A stretch of 64,000 bases of DNA from NCBI GenBank assembly GCA_031411295.1, contig JANOAV010000192.1, positions 36,675 through 100,674 of the forward strand, given 5' to 3'. A program made the translations under genes and the position numbers. The notes under the pieces are model-generated. The model saw nothing but the letters and a program-made list of their open reading frames with translations, searched no databases and had not been told where the DNA came from. Positions 36,801 through 46,800 of this stretch are shown piece by piece (the first letter of the stretch is position 1; each line of letters begins with the position of its first letter). The DNA is from Verrucomicrobiales bacterium. Its GTDB lineage: Bacteria; Verrucomicrobiota; Verrucomicrobiia; Verrucomicrobiales; V1-33.

Positions 36801-36963
36801 GCTGCGCGCCCCCGGCACCAATGGTCAAAACAGCGGCCTCTACCGCATGATCTGGACCGCCGACAACCAGCGACTCCTCGTCCTGCAACAAGGCTCCCGC
36901 GTCTCTGAATGGGACCTCCAGCGCCTGAGACAGGAACTGGGAACGTTGGGGTTGGATTGGTGA
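33820..36963 (+). CDS. Hanks-type Ser/Thr kinase with N-terminal Zn-ribbon, TM helix and WD40-like repeats
   Basis: CNTC..CPAC; IARGGMGVVY, VALK, HRDLKPGN, DFG, GTPHYMAPE; multiple FSPDG/LWD repeats. Confidence 0.93.
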   Translation: MPPPLFHCNTCFRPLPPGEADGRCPACLIAAAFEEPEADTIGELGGHDLLEEIARGGMGVVYRARQREPEREVALKAILGGWLSAPEVRERFRLEARAMAALEHPAILPVYQFGEQDQVPFFTMKLADGGTLTGRLAAFAGKWREIAALMVTVAEAVQFAHERGVLHRDLKPGNILFDAENRVYVSDFGMAKLLDGDSDLTRSAALLGTPHYMAPEIASHGATATTASDVWSLGVMLYELLAQVRPFASVSMPALLREIGERDPAPLPALVSRDLAVITMKALSKSPATRYPTARDLADDLRRWLRGEPILARPRSSMERCAAWCRRYPAVASLTGLLLVGAVVAASILLKSNRALVEAVQAKEQARQLSDDRLRHSLFSEADALLLGEDPTSREPVLNIVRQLKTMGLPPLEVRNLAVRSLVTLGAHEAGRFETEFYSASCKLDYSPDFHWYATGRSRSGKGFTLYSTHRGEAPQIVDAAGIGITFRFSRDGTWLAAKLSTGHILVRRVGELGKEFFQTTIRMSGGVWMLPLDFHPSDSHWLYSTGDTSVHRHLTSSGTAKDDEIFLNAPGPVQGLSYSPDGSRLALKWEGGVGVVDSVSGNWIWQRPLACTTDWPFWNPSGKGLGIGVSNPVRFLILNADTGEEKVTCYGHQAAISMAAFHPTLPIVATVAWDYQLILWDSQSGLPLTRHSAMVRGVSFSADGTRLSFSPGQSQTSVIDLTLPTVWRAWEGEPIPASIVVNMDLSSDGQWLLTDSVGQIRLWDVANRKSVTTIDLPFTSREEATYWQNGDHLIRGLPAPTKVITKTLTLSPEPKVNGAIPQITNTDPISSAWIYGRTADRQKLILQTPNGGARVMNEDGTVHLEIPTWGQRKVLDLSPDDRWVACLQASSAAMPGYEVRRVKDGVVVHQFAEPWAAQLSFSPDGKSLVIAEAWRTLVYETETWRELTQWPVQMEFEGYGGVSFSPDGKMAAIRVREGTIDLRETSHWTQLALLRAPGTNGQNSGLYRMIWTADNQRLLVLQQGSRVSEWDLQRLRQELGTLGLDW

Positions 36964-37007
36964 AAGCCTAAATCTGCCGCGGGTCCGCAGTCCTGCGAAA
37001 GTTTTTT

Positions 37008-37044
37008 AGATTTCGAGAAACCTTTCATCGGAAATTACTGAGAA
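37008..37044 (+). promoter_or_regulatory. Putative ECF promoter GAAAC-N16-CTGAGAA
   Basis: AGATTTCGAGAAACCTTTCATCGGAAATTACTGAGAA; aligns ungapped with 43351-43387 and 48902-48938. Confidence 0.7.
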
Positions 37045-37113
37045 CAAGGAGACACCCTTTTTCTCACTGCCATTCTGGTGCTGGGGAGTGGGATTTTTAT
37101 CACCTTTAGATTT

Positions 37114-40100
37114 ATGAAAACTCTCCGGTCTATCCTCACTTCCGTGGCGCTGATCCTGATGCTATCCGCCACGGCGGGGCACGCGCAGTTTGCGCGCTTT
37201 GACCAGACCACCGATACCATCGCCCTCGCGGGGAATACCGCGCTGGGGACCACGGCGACTTATGAGGCTGTGGTGTTGCTGAGTTCGCCATGGGATGAAG
37301 GGACGATCTTTTTCGAGCAAGTGGCCGGGACGGAGCATAAGCAACTCACGCTCGCTACGGGAGCGGTGCGGGGCTTTGGCTTCTCGCCCGGAGTCAACCT
37401 CACAAGCTTTGCCCCTCCGGCCACTGTTTCCACGAATGTCTTTCACCACATTGCCTTCGTCCGCGATGGCACGGAAGAACGGGTGTATCTGGATGGTGTT
37501 CGAACCGGCACGCGGGTGGTTGCCGCAGGCAGCATCGGGAATGCGGCGCAGGGGGCGCATCCGGCTGCCATCGGCGGCTCGGCGTTCGACAATGCTCAAA
37601 ACTCTGCGGTGCCCGCGATGCTCGGGCTGATGGACTCGGTGCGCATCTCGAATGTGGCGCGCTATTCCGGCGCGTCCTTCACGCCGCCGACGGGGGACAT
37701 GACGAGCGATGCAAACACGCTGCTCCTCTTCAACTTCAACCCTGCGGAGGTTACGGGCAACACCATCGCGGACCTCTCCGGGAATGGGCACACGGGGACG
37801 TTTGCGAGTGGCTTTGTCGGGGCGACGACGCCGACGATCGTGGCGTCGCTGGCGACGCCGGTCTATACCTTTACCCTCTCGGATGGGTTGCTAAATGGGC
37901 GGGATAACTGGACGAATCACCCGGCGAACAACGCCAACGTCCAGGTAGTCGGGGGCCGGATCATTGGCGGGGGCGCCGGGGTGTCGCGGGCGGTGCGGGT
38001 GAATAACGCGAGCTTCTCCCTGGCACCGTTTGCGGCGACGCAGACGAGTGCGGTGTTTCAGGTGGAGATGACGATGCCGGCGTCCGTCCCCACCAATAAC
38101 AAGGGTGTGGCGGCGGGTCTGCGAACCAATAGTGCGGACCCGGTGCAAAGCGCCTTCGAGCTGGGTATCTTCTTCAATACGGGTTTGCCGGCTTACTTTA
38201 ATCTGAACCTGCCTGTGGTGGGTAATGTGGAGGCTCCGGTGCCTGCGGGGGTGGTGGCAGGGGACAATCTTGAGGTGCAACTGCGCATTGATTTCACCGC
38301 TAATGGCGGGGACGGCGCGGGCAGTGTCTATTTCCGGAATCTGACGCAGGGTGCGACTGGCTTCTCCGCGGTGCCCGGCTTGCAGAATCTCAATCTGCAC
38401 CGGCAGGGGTTGAGCGCTGCGAACCGCGATCCGGCGACTTGGAATACTATGTCGGTGCGCGTGGACAGTAACATCAACAACACGCTCGATAACATCACCG
38501 TCATCCCGGCGCTCGCACCGGCCTTTTTCACCGAGAGCTTCGGCGCTCCGACGATCACGGCGGACCTGGTGCCGGGGACGGGGTTTGTGTATGGCGCACC
38601 GGCGGGCCGGGCACAGAATACGAGCGCTGCGCGGCATTATGTGAAAACTTCATCGACGAGTTACAACACGACTGATTTTGTCAGTGAGGTCACCATGAAC
38701 GTTGCCAATTCCAGCGGTCCAAACGTGGCGTTCTTTGGTTTTGGCAGCGGTGCTGAGGATGCCGGTTTCTTCAATGAGCCGCACACCAGCGTTTACTTGC
38801 GCCTCTTTCCCAGTGATTTCGGTAGTGGGGCTACCACCCTCAGCGTGTCCAATGCGCCGGGAAATCGAACAGACACCACGATCTCCACCTCACCCCACCC
38901 CGGCAGTGGCACGCATCGCGCCCGCATCGCCAAAGTGGGCAACGTGATCACCTTTAGTGTGGATGCCAATTACGCGGGTGGTGCCTTCACGGCGGACTTT
39001 GCGGCATCCAAGAACCTGGTCACTGACCTGCCCTTCCTCAACAGCACCAACTCGCGTCTGTTCTTCGGTGTGGAGGGTGCCAACACGACGTTTGATGATT
39101 TCGATTTGCGGCCGCCTGTGGACATCGCTGTCACCGGCATCCCGGATGGCGGCAGCCAGGGCTTTGGGATTGTCACCTTGGGCACCAGCGGCACGCCGGT
39201 CACATTCACGATCACGAACACGGGGTCGTTGATCGATCTCACCGGACTGGCCATCACCGCCGATGGCGCGAATCCCGGCGACTTCGCGGTGAGCGCCGTG
39301 GGTTCCAGCTCCGTCGCGAAGAATGGCGGGACTACGACGTTCAATGTCACCTTCACTCCCTCCGCGTCTGGAGCGCGGTCAGCGGTCATCCACATCGCCA
39401 GCAACGTGCCAGGCGCAAAGAACCCGTATGACATCACGCTCAACGGCACCGGCAACGCGCGGCCCGTGGTCACGCCGCCCCCTTCACCGATCATCGTGGA
39501 AGCCACCAGCGACAGCGGGGCGGTCGTCCTTGCAGCCGACTTCAACACTACGGCCAGCGATCTCGAAGACGGCGCGCGCCCGCTCACGTTCACGCCCGCC
39601 GGAGGCAGCACCTTCCCGCTGGGCGACACCACGGTGAACGCCTCCGCCACTGACAGCAACGGCGCGACCGGCACGGCCAGCTTCATCGTCCGCGTGCGCG
39701 ACACGACAGTGCCAGCGATCGGCGGCACCTTCACCCCACTGACACTGACGACGGGCACAGGCGGCACTGCCGCGCTGCCGGACTATACGAGTCAGGCGAC
39801 CACGAGCGACAACGTGGGAGTGACCAGCGTAACGCAATCGCCCGCGCCTGGCCCCGTGAGCGTGGGCACCACGCATGTCACCCTGACTGCGCACGATGCG
39901 GCGGGCAATACGGCGAGCACCAGCTTTGACGTGACGGTGAATGACGGCACACCACCCACGATCGGTGGCACTTTCACGCCGCTGACATTGACCACCGGCG
40001 CAGGCGGCACGGCCACGCTGCCGGGCTATACGGGCCAGGTGACGACGAGCGACAACGTGGGAGTGACCAGCGTGACGCAATCTCCGGCATCCGGTCCCGT

Positions 40101-43100
40101 TAGTGCGGGCACCACGCATGTCACACTGACCGCGCTTGATGCCGCAGGCAACACAGCGACTACTGCATTCGACGTGACGGTGAATGATGGAACAGCGCCG
40201 ACGATCGGTGGCACTTTCACTCCGCTGACATTGACCACCGGGGCTGGCGGCACCGCCACGTTGCCGAATTACACAGGCCAGGCGACGACGAGCGACAACG
40301 TGGGTGTGACCAGCGTGACGCAATCTCCCGCACCCGCCGGCAACGTGAGCGTGGGCACCACGCATGTCACCCTGACTGCGCACGATGCGGCGGGCAATAC
40401 GACGAGCACCAGCTTTGACGTGACGGTGAATGACGGCACACCACCCACGATCGGTGGCACTTTCACGCCGCTGACATTGACCACCGGCGCAGGCGGCACG
40501 GCCACGCTGCCGGACTATACGGGCCAGGCGACGACGAGCGACAACGTGGGAGTGACCAGCGTGACGCAATCTCCGGCATCCGGTCCTGTGAGTGCGGGCA
40601 CCACGCATGTCACACTGACCGCGCTTGATGCAGCGGGCAACACAGCGACTACTGCATTCGACGTGACAGTGAATGACGGGACACCGCCGACGATCACGGT
40701 GACTGGAGCCAATCCTGCCACCGCCTTCCAGGGCGCGACTTACACCGACGCTGGTGCCACCGCCGTTGACGCTGTGGACGGCGCACGAACGGTGACCAGC
40801 AGCGGCAGCGTGAACATCAACGTGCCCGGCAGCTACACCATCACCTATACCGCGACCGATACACACAACAACACCGCAACCGCGACCCGCACCGTGAATG
40901 TCGTCACCGCACCTGCGGGCACGGTTCTCGCCATTGATCCCAACATCACCGGCACGGATGTCTTTACCGCCGTGTCGCAACCCGATGGCAAGATCATCAT
41001 CGGTGGTGCTTTCACCCAGGTCAGCGGTGTGACGCGCAACAACATCGCGCGGCTGAAAGCGGATGGGACTCTGGACACCGGCTTCAATCCAAACGCCGAC
41101 GGCAGCGTGCAGGCCGTGGCTTTGCAATCCGATGGGAAGATCGTGATTGGGGGAGCATTTAATAACGTGGGCGGCGTATCTCGTGGGCGCATCGCGCGGT
41201 TAAATGCGGATGGCACACTGGACACGGGCTTTGATCCGAAAACAGCGGGCGGATCGTTCGTTTCATGCCTGCTCGTCCAGCCCGACGGGAAAATCGTGCT
41301 GGGCGGCAGCTTCACCTCGCTCAAGCCCAATGGCGCGGCCACGGCCACCACGCGCAACCGTATCGCGCGGGTGAATGCCAATGGGACGCTGGATACCGCA
41401 TTCAATCCCAATCTGAATGCCCAGGTGAATGCCATCGTGAGGCAGGAGGACGGAGCCATCGTTTTCGGCGGAACCTTTACCTTGGTAGGGAGCGTCACTC
41501 GGAATGGAATCGCCAGGCTCAACAATGATGCCAGCGGCACCTTGGATGCCACCTACAATCCCAACGCTGGCAGCGTCCCGCAGGTGAACAGCCTTTGCCT
41601 ACAGTCAGACGGCAAGGTGCTGGCAGGCGGCGAATTTTTAACACTTGGCGGGCTTTCGCGCTTCCGTCTCGGCAGACTCAACAGCTCCGGAAGTGGTGAT
41701 GCGACGTTTGTGCTGCCGGGTGCCGGAGTCAACAGCGCAGTCCAGTCTATCGCCCTTGCGACGGATGGCCAGTTGATCATCGGTGGCGCTTTCACCAGCA
41801 TCACAGGCACCACCCGCAACCGTGTCGCGCGACTTACTTCCACCGGCGCGCTAGACGCAGGCTTCAATCCAAACGCAGGCGGAGCCGTCTCCGGTGTCGC
41901 TCAATTGGCGGATGGCAGGATCATCATCGGGGGGGCGTTCACCACGATCGGCGGCATCACTCGAAACCATCTCGCACTGCTAGCCAATGACGCCGTCACG
42001 GATGCGCTTACGGTTCCCAATTCCAACCGCATCCAGTGGCTGCGTGGCGGCGCGGCTCCCGAGGTCGGCCCAGTGACCTTCGAACTCTCCACGGATGGAG
42101 GCAGCACCTTCACGTCTCTGGGAAATGGCGCACGCATCGTCGGAGGCTGGGAACTGACCGGCCTAAGCCTTCCTGTCAGCGGTCAAATCCGCGCCCGTGG
42201 TCGCACGATGGGGGGCATTCAAAACGGATCGTCCGGCTTGATCGAGGCGGTGTCTGCCTTCGCCTTGCCTGAAATCGTCGTCGAGCAACCCCTAGGCGCC
42301 GACGTTGTGAGCGGTGCCACCAAATCCTTTGGGTCGGTGCAGGTGGGATCGTCGGCAACACTGACCTTCACCGTGAAGAACATCGGAACCGCCGATCTCA
42401 CAGGGCTCGGCATCACCGTGGGCGGCACGGATGCCGCTCTTTTCACCATCACCGCCAATCCCACCGCACCAGTCGCGGGAGGGACGGACACAACCTTCAC
42501 GGTGCAGTTCGCCCCTCTCAGCGCAGGTGGGAAAACTGCGGTGATTCACATCGCTAACAACGATGGCAACGAGAACCCGTTTGACATCATTTTCACCGGC
42601 AACGGGCCTGAAATCGACGTGCAGGAACCGGCGGGTGTCGCCAACAGAATCCCGGATGGGGGCGAACGAAGCTTCGGCAGCATTCCCACAGGGACGACGG
42701 TAAGCCGCACATTCACGATCGCTAACATCGGCAACGCCAATCTCACGGGCCTCGGCATCACCAAAGACGGCGCTGACGCGGGCTTGTTCACCATCACCGC
42801 CAATCCGACCGCGCCTGTCATCGGAGGGAGCAGCACAACCTTCACCGTGCAGTTCGCCCCTCTGACGTCCGGGCCGAAGACGGCAGCCATCCACATCGCC
42901 AGCAACGACTTCAATGAAAACCCGTATGACATCACCCTCACGGGTCAGGCGAATTCACCCATCGAGACCTGGCGTCAACAATTCTTCGGCTCCACGGCAA
43001 ATACCGGCAACGGAGCGGACACCAATGACTTCGACCTCGATGGCCTGTCCAATCTAGTAGAATTCGCCTTCGGGCTTGATCCGCTGCACGACAGCGCTGG

Positions 43101-43323
43101 GCAACTCCCGCAACCGCAGGTCATCTCAGGAAATTTAGTCCTCACCTTCACCCAACCCGCCGCAGTGACCGGCATTACCTACCACGGGGAATTCAGCGCC
43201 ACCATGCAGCCCGACGACTGGCATCCGATTCCTGATACCGGCACTGGATCGCAACACACCTTCAGCGTGCCGATGGTCCCCTCCAGGACTTTCCTGCGAG
43301 TGAATGTCACGTCGCAGCCATGA
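37114..43323 (+). CDS. Giant secreted protein: LamG-like domain, HYR-like repeats, DUF5011-like Ig, seven delta-60 repeats, choice-of-anchor-D-like Ig domains, C-terminal module
   Basis: Signal peptide MKTLRS..GHA; HHIAFVRDG (LamG); TTSDNVGVTSVTQSP x4; QPDGKI.IGG.F x7; GxKTAAIHIASND.NENPYDI. Confidence 0.88.
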   Translation: MKTLRSILTSVALILMLSATAGHAQFARFDQTTDTIALAGNTALGTTATYEAVVLLSSPWDEGTIFFEQVAGTEHKQLTLATGAVRGFGFSPGVNLTSFAPPATVSTNVFHHIAFVRDGTEERVYLDGVRTGTRVVAAGSIGNAAQGAHPAAIGGSAFDNAQNSAVPAMLGLMDSVRISNVARYSGASFTPPTGDMTSDANTLLLFNFNPAEVTGNTIADLSGNGHTGTFASGFVGATTPTIVASLATPVYTFTLSDGLLNGRDNWTNHPANNANVQVVGGRIIGGGAGVSRAVRVNNASFSLAPFAATQTSAVFQVEMTMPASVPTNNKGVAAGLRTNSADPVQSAFELGIFFNTGLPAYFNLNLPVVGNVEAPVPAGVVAGDNLEVQLRIDFTANGGDGAGSVYFRNLTQGATGFSAVPGLQNLNLHRQGLSAANRDPATWNTMSVRVDSNINNTLDNITVIPALAPAFFTESFGAPTITADLVPGTGFVYGAPAGRAQNTSAARHYVKTSSTSYNTTDFVSEVTMNVANSSGPNVAFFGFGSGAEDAGFFNEPHTSVYLRLFPSDFGSGATTLSVSNAPGNRTDTTISTSPHPGSGTHRARIAKVGNVITFSVDANYAGGAFTADFAASKNLVTDLPFLNSTNSRLFFGVEGANTTFDDFDLRPPVDIAVTGIPDGGSQGFGIVTLGTSGTPVTFTITNTGSLIDLTGLAITADGANPGDFAVSAVGSSSVAKNGGTTTFNVTFTPSASGARSAVIHIASNVPGAKNPYDITLNGTGNARPVVTPPPSPIIVEATSDSGAVVLAADFNTTASDLEDGARPLTFTPAGGSTFPLGDTTVNASATDSNGATGTASFIVRVRDTTVPAIGGTFTPLTLTTGTGGTAALPDYTSQATTSDNVGVTSVTQSPAPGPVSVGTTHVTLTAHDAAGNTASTSFDVTVNDGTPPTIGGTFTPLTLTTGAGGTATLPGYTGQVTTSDNVGVTSVTQSPASGPVSAGTTHVTLTALDAAGNTATTAFDVTVNDGTAPTIGGTFTPLTLTTGAGGTATLPNYTGQATTSDNVGVTSVTQSPAPAGNVSVGTTHVTLTAHDAAGNTTSTSFDVTVNDGTPPTIGGTFTPLTLTTGAGGTATLPDYTGQATTSDNVGVTSVTQSPASGPVSAGTTHVTLTALDAAGNTATTAFDVTVNDGTPPTITVTGANPATAFQGATYTDAGATAVDAVDGARTVTSSGSVNINVPGSYTITYTATDTHNNTATATRTVNVVTAPAGTVLAIDPNITGTDVFTAVSQPDGKIIIGGAFTQVSGVTRNNIARLKADGTLDTGFNPNADGSVQAVALQSDGKIVIGGAFNNVGGVSRGRIARLNADGTLDTGFDPKTAGGSFVSCLLVQPDGKIVLGGSFTSLKPNGAATATTRNRIARVNANGTLDTAFNPNLNAQVNAIVRQEDGAIVFGGTFTLVGSVTRNGIARLNNDASGTLDATYNPNAGSVPQVNSLCLQSDGKVLAGGEFLTLGGLSRFRLGRLNSSGSGDATFVLPGAGVNSAVQSIALATDGQLIIGGAFTSITGTTRNRVARLTSTGALDAGFNPNAGGAVSGVAQLADGRIIIGGAFTTIGGITRNHLALLANDAVTDALTVPNSNRIQWLRGGAAPEVGPVTFELSTDGGSTFTSLGNGARIVGGWELTGLSLPVSGQIRARGRTMGGIQNGSSGLIEAVSAFALPEIVVEQPLGADVVSGATKSFGSVQVGSSATLTFTVKNIGTADLTGLGITVGGTDAALFTITANPTAPVAGGTDTTFTVQFAPLSAGGKTAVIHIANNDGNENPFDIIFTGNGPEIDVQEPAGVANRIPDGGERSFGSIPTGTTVSRTFTIANIGNANLTGLGITKDGADAGLFTITANPTAPVIGGSSTTFTVQFAPLTSGPKTAAIHIASNDFNENPYDITLTGQANSPIETWRQQFFGSTANTGNGADTNDFDLDGLSNLVEFAFGLDPLHDSAGQLPQPQVISGNLVLTFTQPAAVTGITYHGEFSATMQPDDWHPIPDTGTGSQHTFSVPMVPSRTFLRVNVTSQP
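39706..40690 (+). repeat. Four intragenic ~243-bp HYR-like repeats in ABAB order
   Basis: Units alternate AHDAAGNT.STSFDV and ALDAAGNTATTAFDV; alternate units near-identical at DNA level. Confidence 0.85.
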
Positions 43324-43350
43324 CGGCAAACATATCGCAAAAAAAATCGC

Positions 43351-43387
43351 AGATTTTCTGAAACATCTCCGCGCGCATTACCGAGAA
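43351..43387 (+). promoter_or_regulatory. Putative ECF promoter GAAAC-N16-CCGAGAA
   Basis: AGATTTTCTGAAACATCTCCGCGCGCATTACCGAGAA. Confidence 0.7.
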
Positions 43388-43455
43388 CCCAGTGACGCCC
43401 CAACTGGCCCGCTGTCACCAGGGACCGATGTTAGAGACGAACCACTTTTTATTCC

Positions 43456-43839
43456 ATGAAAATAATCTCCGCTCTGTTTCCACTCCGCGCAGTGATCATT
43501 CCAATCCGCCGCGCGCTCCTCGGGCTTGTTCTGGCGCTCACATCAACTACCCAAGCTCAGATTACCCGCTATAGCCAGTTCGGACTGCGGCTGCTCAGCT
43601 GCACCTTGTTCTTCGCTACGGCGGGCCACGCGCAGTATGCGGGCATTGACCAGACGGCTGATACCATTGCTGTGGCGGGGAATATGACGAGCGATGCAAA
43701 TACGCTGATGCTTTTCAATTTTAGCGCTGCGGAGCTGACGATCAATCAGACGCCCTCGTTTTCTGATGCTGCGGCGTGGCGGGACTCGACCGCGATCATC
43801 AGCTTTTTTATTTCGCTTCGAGCCACCAAACTAAACTGA
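43456..43839 (+). pseudogene. Remnant: internally deleted copy of the N-terminus of the 37114 gene
   Basis: ATAGHAQYAGIDQTADTIAVAGN|MTSDANTLMLFNF matches ATAGHAQFARFDQTTDTIALAGN ... MTSDANTLLLFNF of the upstream protein with 154 codons missing. Confidence 0.7.
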
Positions 43840-43881
43840 CAGTTGGGAACAGCCACCCTCCTCTATAACACCAATTATCCC

Positions 43882-46800
43882 ATGAAAGCAAAATCCAGTC
43901 TCATCACCATTGTCTTCACAGTTGCCGCTGCCAGTTTGTCGGCACACGCTGCTGATTCCGCCGCTGCGCCATCAGCAGCTGCCATCCCATTCTCCGAGAT
44001 TGGGGCGAAGGCGACGGCGGATTACAAGGGGGACGCCATCGGTATTCATTCCACCGCTGACGGCGCAATGCTTCACACGGGCTTTCAGAAGCTGGAAGCC
44101 GAGGCCACGCGCGAAGGGCTGTGGATCATCTCCACCGAGGATGGCGGCGGGCGTTTCCGTCTGCGGGCGGACAGCATCGGGCGGGCTTCGTCAGACTCCC
44201 AGCTCCCCCACAGCGGCTTCGTCTCGCTAGTGGACAAGACAGTCGCCTTTGTCCGCCCAGGCCTCACCGAGGAATACTCTGTGAGCATGGATGGGGTGCG
44301 GCAGGATTTCATTGTCGCAATGCGTCCCGAGGGGGCGGGCGGGCTGCGCGTGGGCCTCGGCCTTGCCGGTGCGCGTGCGGAAGCGGCGGCGTATGGCGTG
44401 AAGATCACGGTGGACGGTTCCGGGCGCGAGTTGGCCTATAGTCGACTGCAAGTGACCGATGCAACTGGCAAGGAACTCACCGCCACCATGGAAGTGACTG
44501 GCGCGGTCGGCATCACAGTCTGCGTGGACGATGCGGCGGCAGTTTATCCCATCCGCATTGATCCAACCTTCAGCGATGCGGACTGGCTGAGTCTCGCTCC
44601 GAGCACCGCCATCCCCGGCGTGAATGGCACCGTGAATGCCATCGTTGTCCAGGGTGCGAATGTCTATGTGGGCGGCAGTTTCGCGGTCGCGGGCAATCTC
44701 GTTGCTGCGAGAAATATCGCACGGTGGGACGGCGGTGCGTGGTCGCCTCTCGGCACAGCTGCGCAGAATGGTGCGGCAGGCACGGTGACTGTCATCGCAG
44801 CACTATCCGCGACGGAGATCTACGTCGGAGGTTCCTTCACCACCGTGGCCGACTCCACTGGCGCCACGATCTCCGCGAGAAACATCGCAAAATGGGATAG
44901 TGCCACCAACATATGGTCGCCGCTCGGCACGGCCACACAGAATGGCGCGGGTAACACCGTTAACGCCATTGCCGTCGTTTCCGCTTCCGCGGTTTATGTC
45001 GGAGGAGCATTTACCTCAGTTGCAGACTCCACGGCTGCCAGCATTTCTGCAAACCGCATCGCGAAATGGAATGGCAGCACGTGGTCCCTGCTCGGAACGG
45101 CGACTCAAAATGGCGCGACGACCGCCAGTAGTAGCGTCTTCGCCATCACTGCACTCTCGGCAACAAACATCTACGTCGGGGGCAGCTTTACCACCGTGTC
45201 CGATTCATCGGGCCCAAGTATTTCCGCCAACCGCATCTGCAAGTGGAATGGCACCGCGTGGTCGCCCCTTGGCACCGCCACCCAGAACGGCGCAGGCGGC
45301 ACCGTCAACGCTATCGCCACCCTCTCATCGACAGAAATTTATGTCGGAGGAGCCTTCACCACCGTCGCCGACTCATCGACTGCCAGCGCGTCTGTAAACC
45401 GCATTGCGAAATGGAACGGGAGCACATGGTCACCTCTCGGCACGGCCACACAGAATGGCGCGACCAGCACGGTCAGCGCCATCTCTGCGCTTTCCTCCAC
45501 CGAGGTCTATGTCGCGGGCTCGTTCACGGTAGTGGCGGATTCGAGCACCTCCTCGCTTTCCGTCGGGCGCATTGCGAAATGGAATGACACTACCGCCAGA
45601 TGGTCGCTGATGGGAAGCGGCGTCAACACCACCGTCAACGCCCTCGTCGCAGTGTCCTCTACGGAGGTGTATCTCGGTGGCAGCTTTTTCACGGCCAATT
45701 CCGTCGCAGCCTCGGGCATCGCAAAATGGAACGGTGCGGGTTACGTCCAAATGCCCCCGCCCGGCGGAGGACTGAACGGGTTCGTCAATGCAATGGCGAT
45801 CAGTGGCATTGATCTCTACATCGGCGGAGACTTCACACTCATCGGCAGCGTGTCCGCGAAGCATGTGGCGCGCTGGAACGGCAGCATTTGGTCGCCCCTC
45901 GGCACCGCCACGCAGAACGGCACAAGCACAGGCTTCCTCGGAAGCGTCACCAGCATCGCGGCGCTATCCCCTGCAGAGATTTACGTGGGGGGTAATTTCG
46001 TCAATGTGGCCGACTCCACCAGTCCAAGCATCTCTGCCAGAAACATCGCGAAATGGAACAGCATCACCAACACGTGGTCGCGGCTGGGCACCAGCGCACA
46101 AAACGGTGTGAACAACGTCGTCAGTGCCATCGGAGCACTCTCCTCATCGGAAGTCTATGTCGGCGGCCAGCTTACCTCAGCCGCAGATTCCACCAGCGCA
46201 ACCATATCAGTGAACCGGGTCGCGAGATGGAACGGCGTCACCAACACGTGGTCCCCGCTCGGCACTCCCACCCAGAATGGGGCCAACAACTTCGTATTTG
46301 CCATCGCCCCGCTCTCCTCCACGGAAATTTACATCGGGGGCGGCTTCACCACCGTGTCCGACTCCACTGCGACGGGCATCTCCGCGCGAAACATCGCGAA
46401 ATGGAACAGTCTCACCAGCACGTGGGCTCCCCTGGGCACCGCAACGCAAAACGGCGTGAACTCCAGCGTCAGCGCCATCGCCGCGCTCTCGTCCACGGAC
46501 GTCTATGTCGGCGGTGGCTTCACGACTGTTAGCGACTCGACAGGGGTGAACCTCTCTGCGAACCGCATCGTGAAATGGAACAATGCCACCGGCACCTGGT
46601 CACGGCTCGGCACGGCGACGCAAAACGGCGCATCCAGCACCGTCCAGGCCATCCTGGCGATCACTCCCACGGAGGTCTACATTGGTGGAGCTTTCATCAC
46701 GGTCGCGGACTCGACCAGCGCCAGCATCCCCGCCAGCCGCCTCGCGAAATGGAACGGCTCCGCATGGTCCGCTCTCGGCGGAGGCGTGAATAACACGGTT

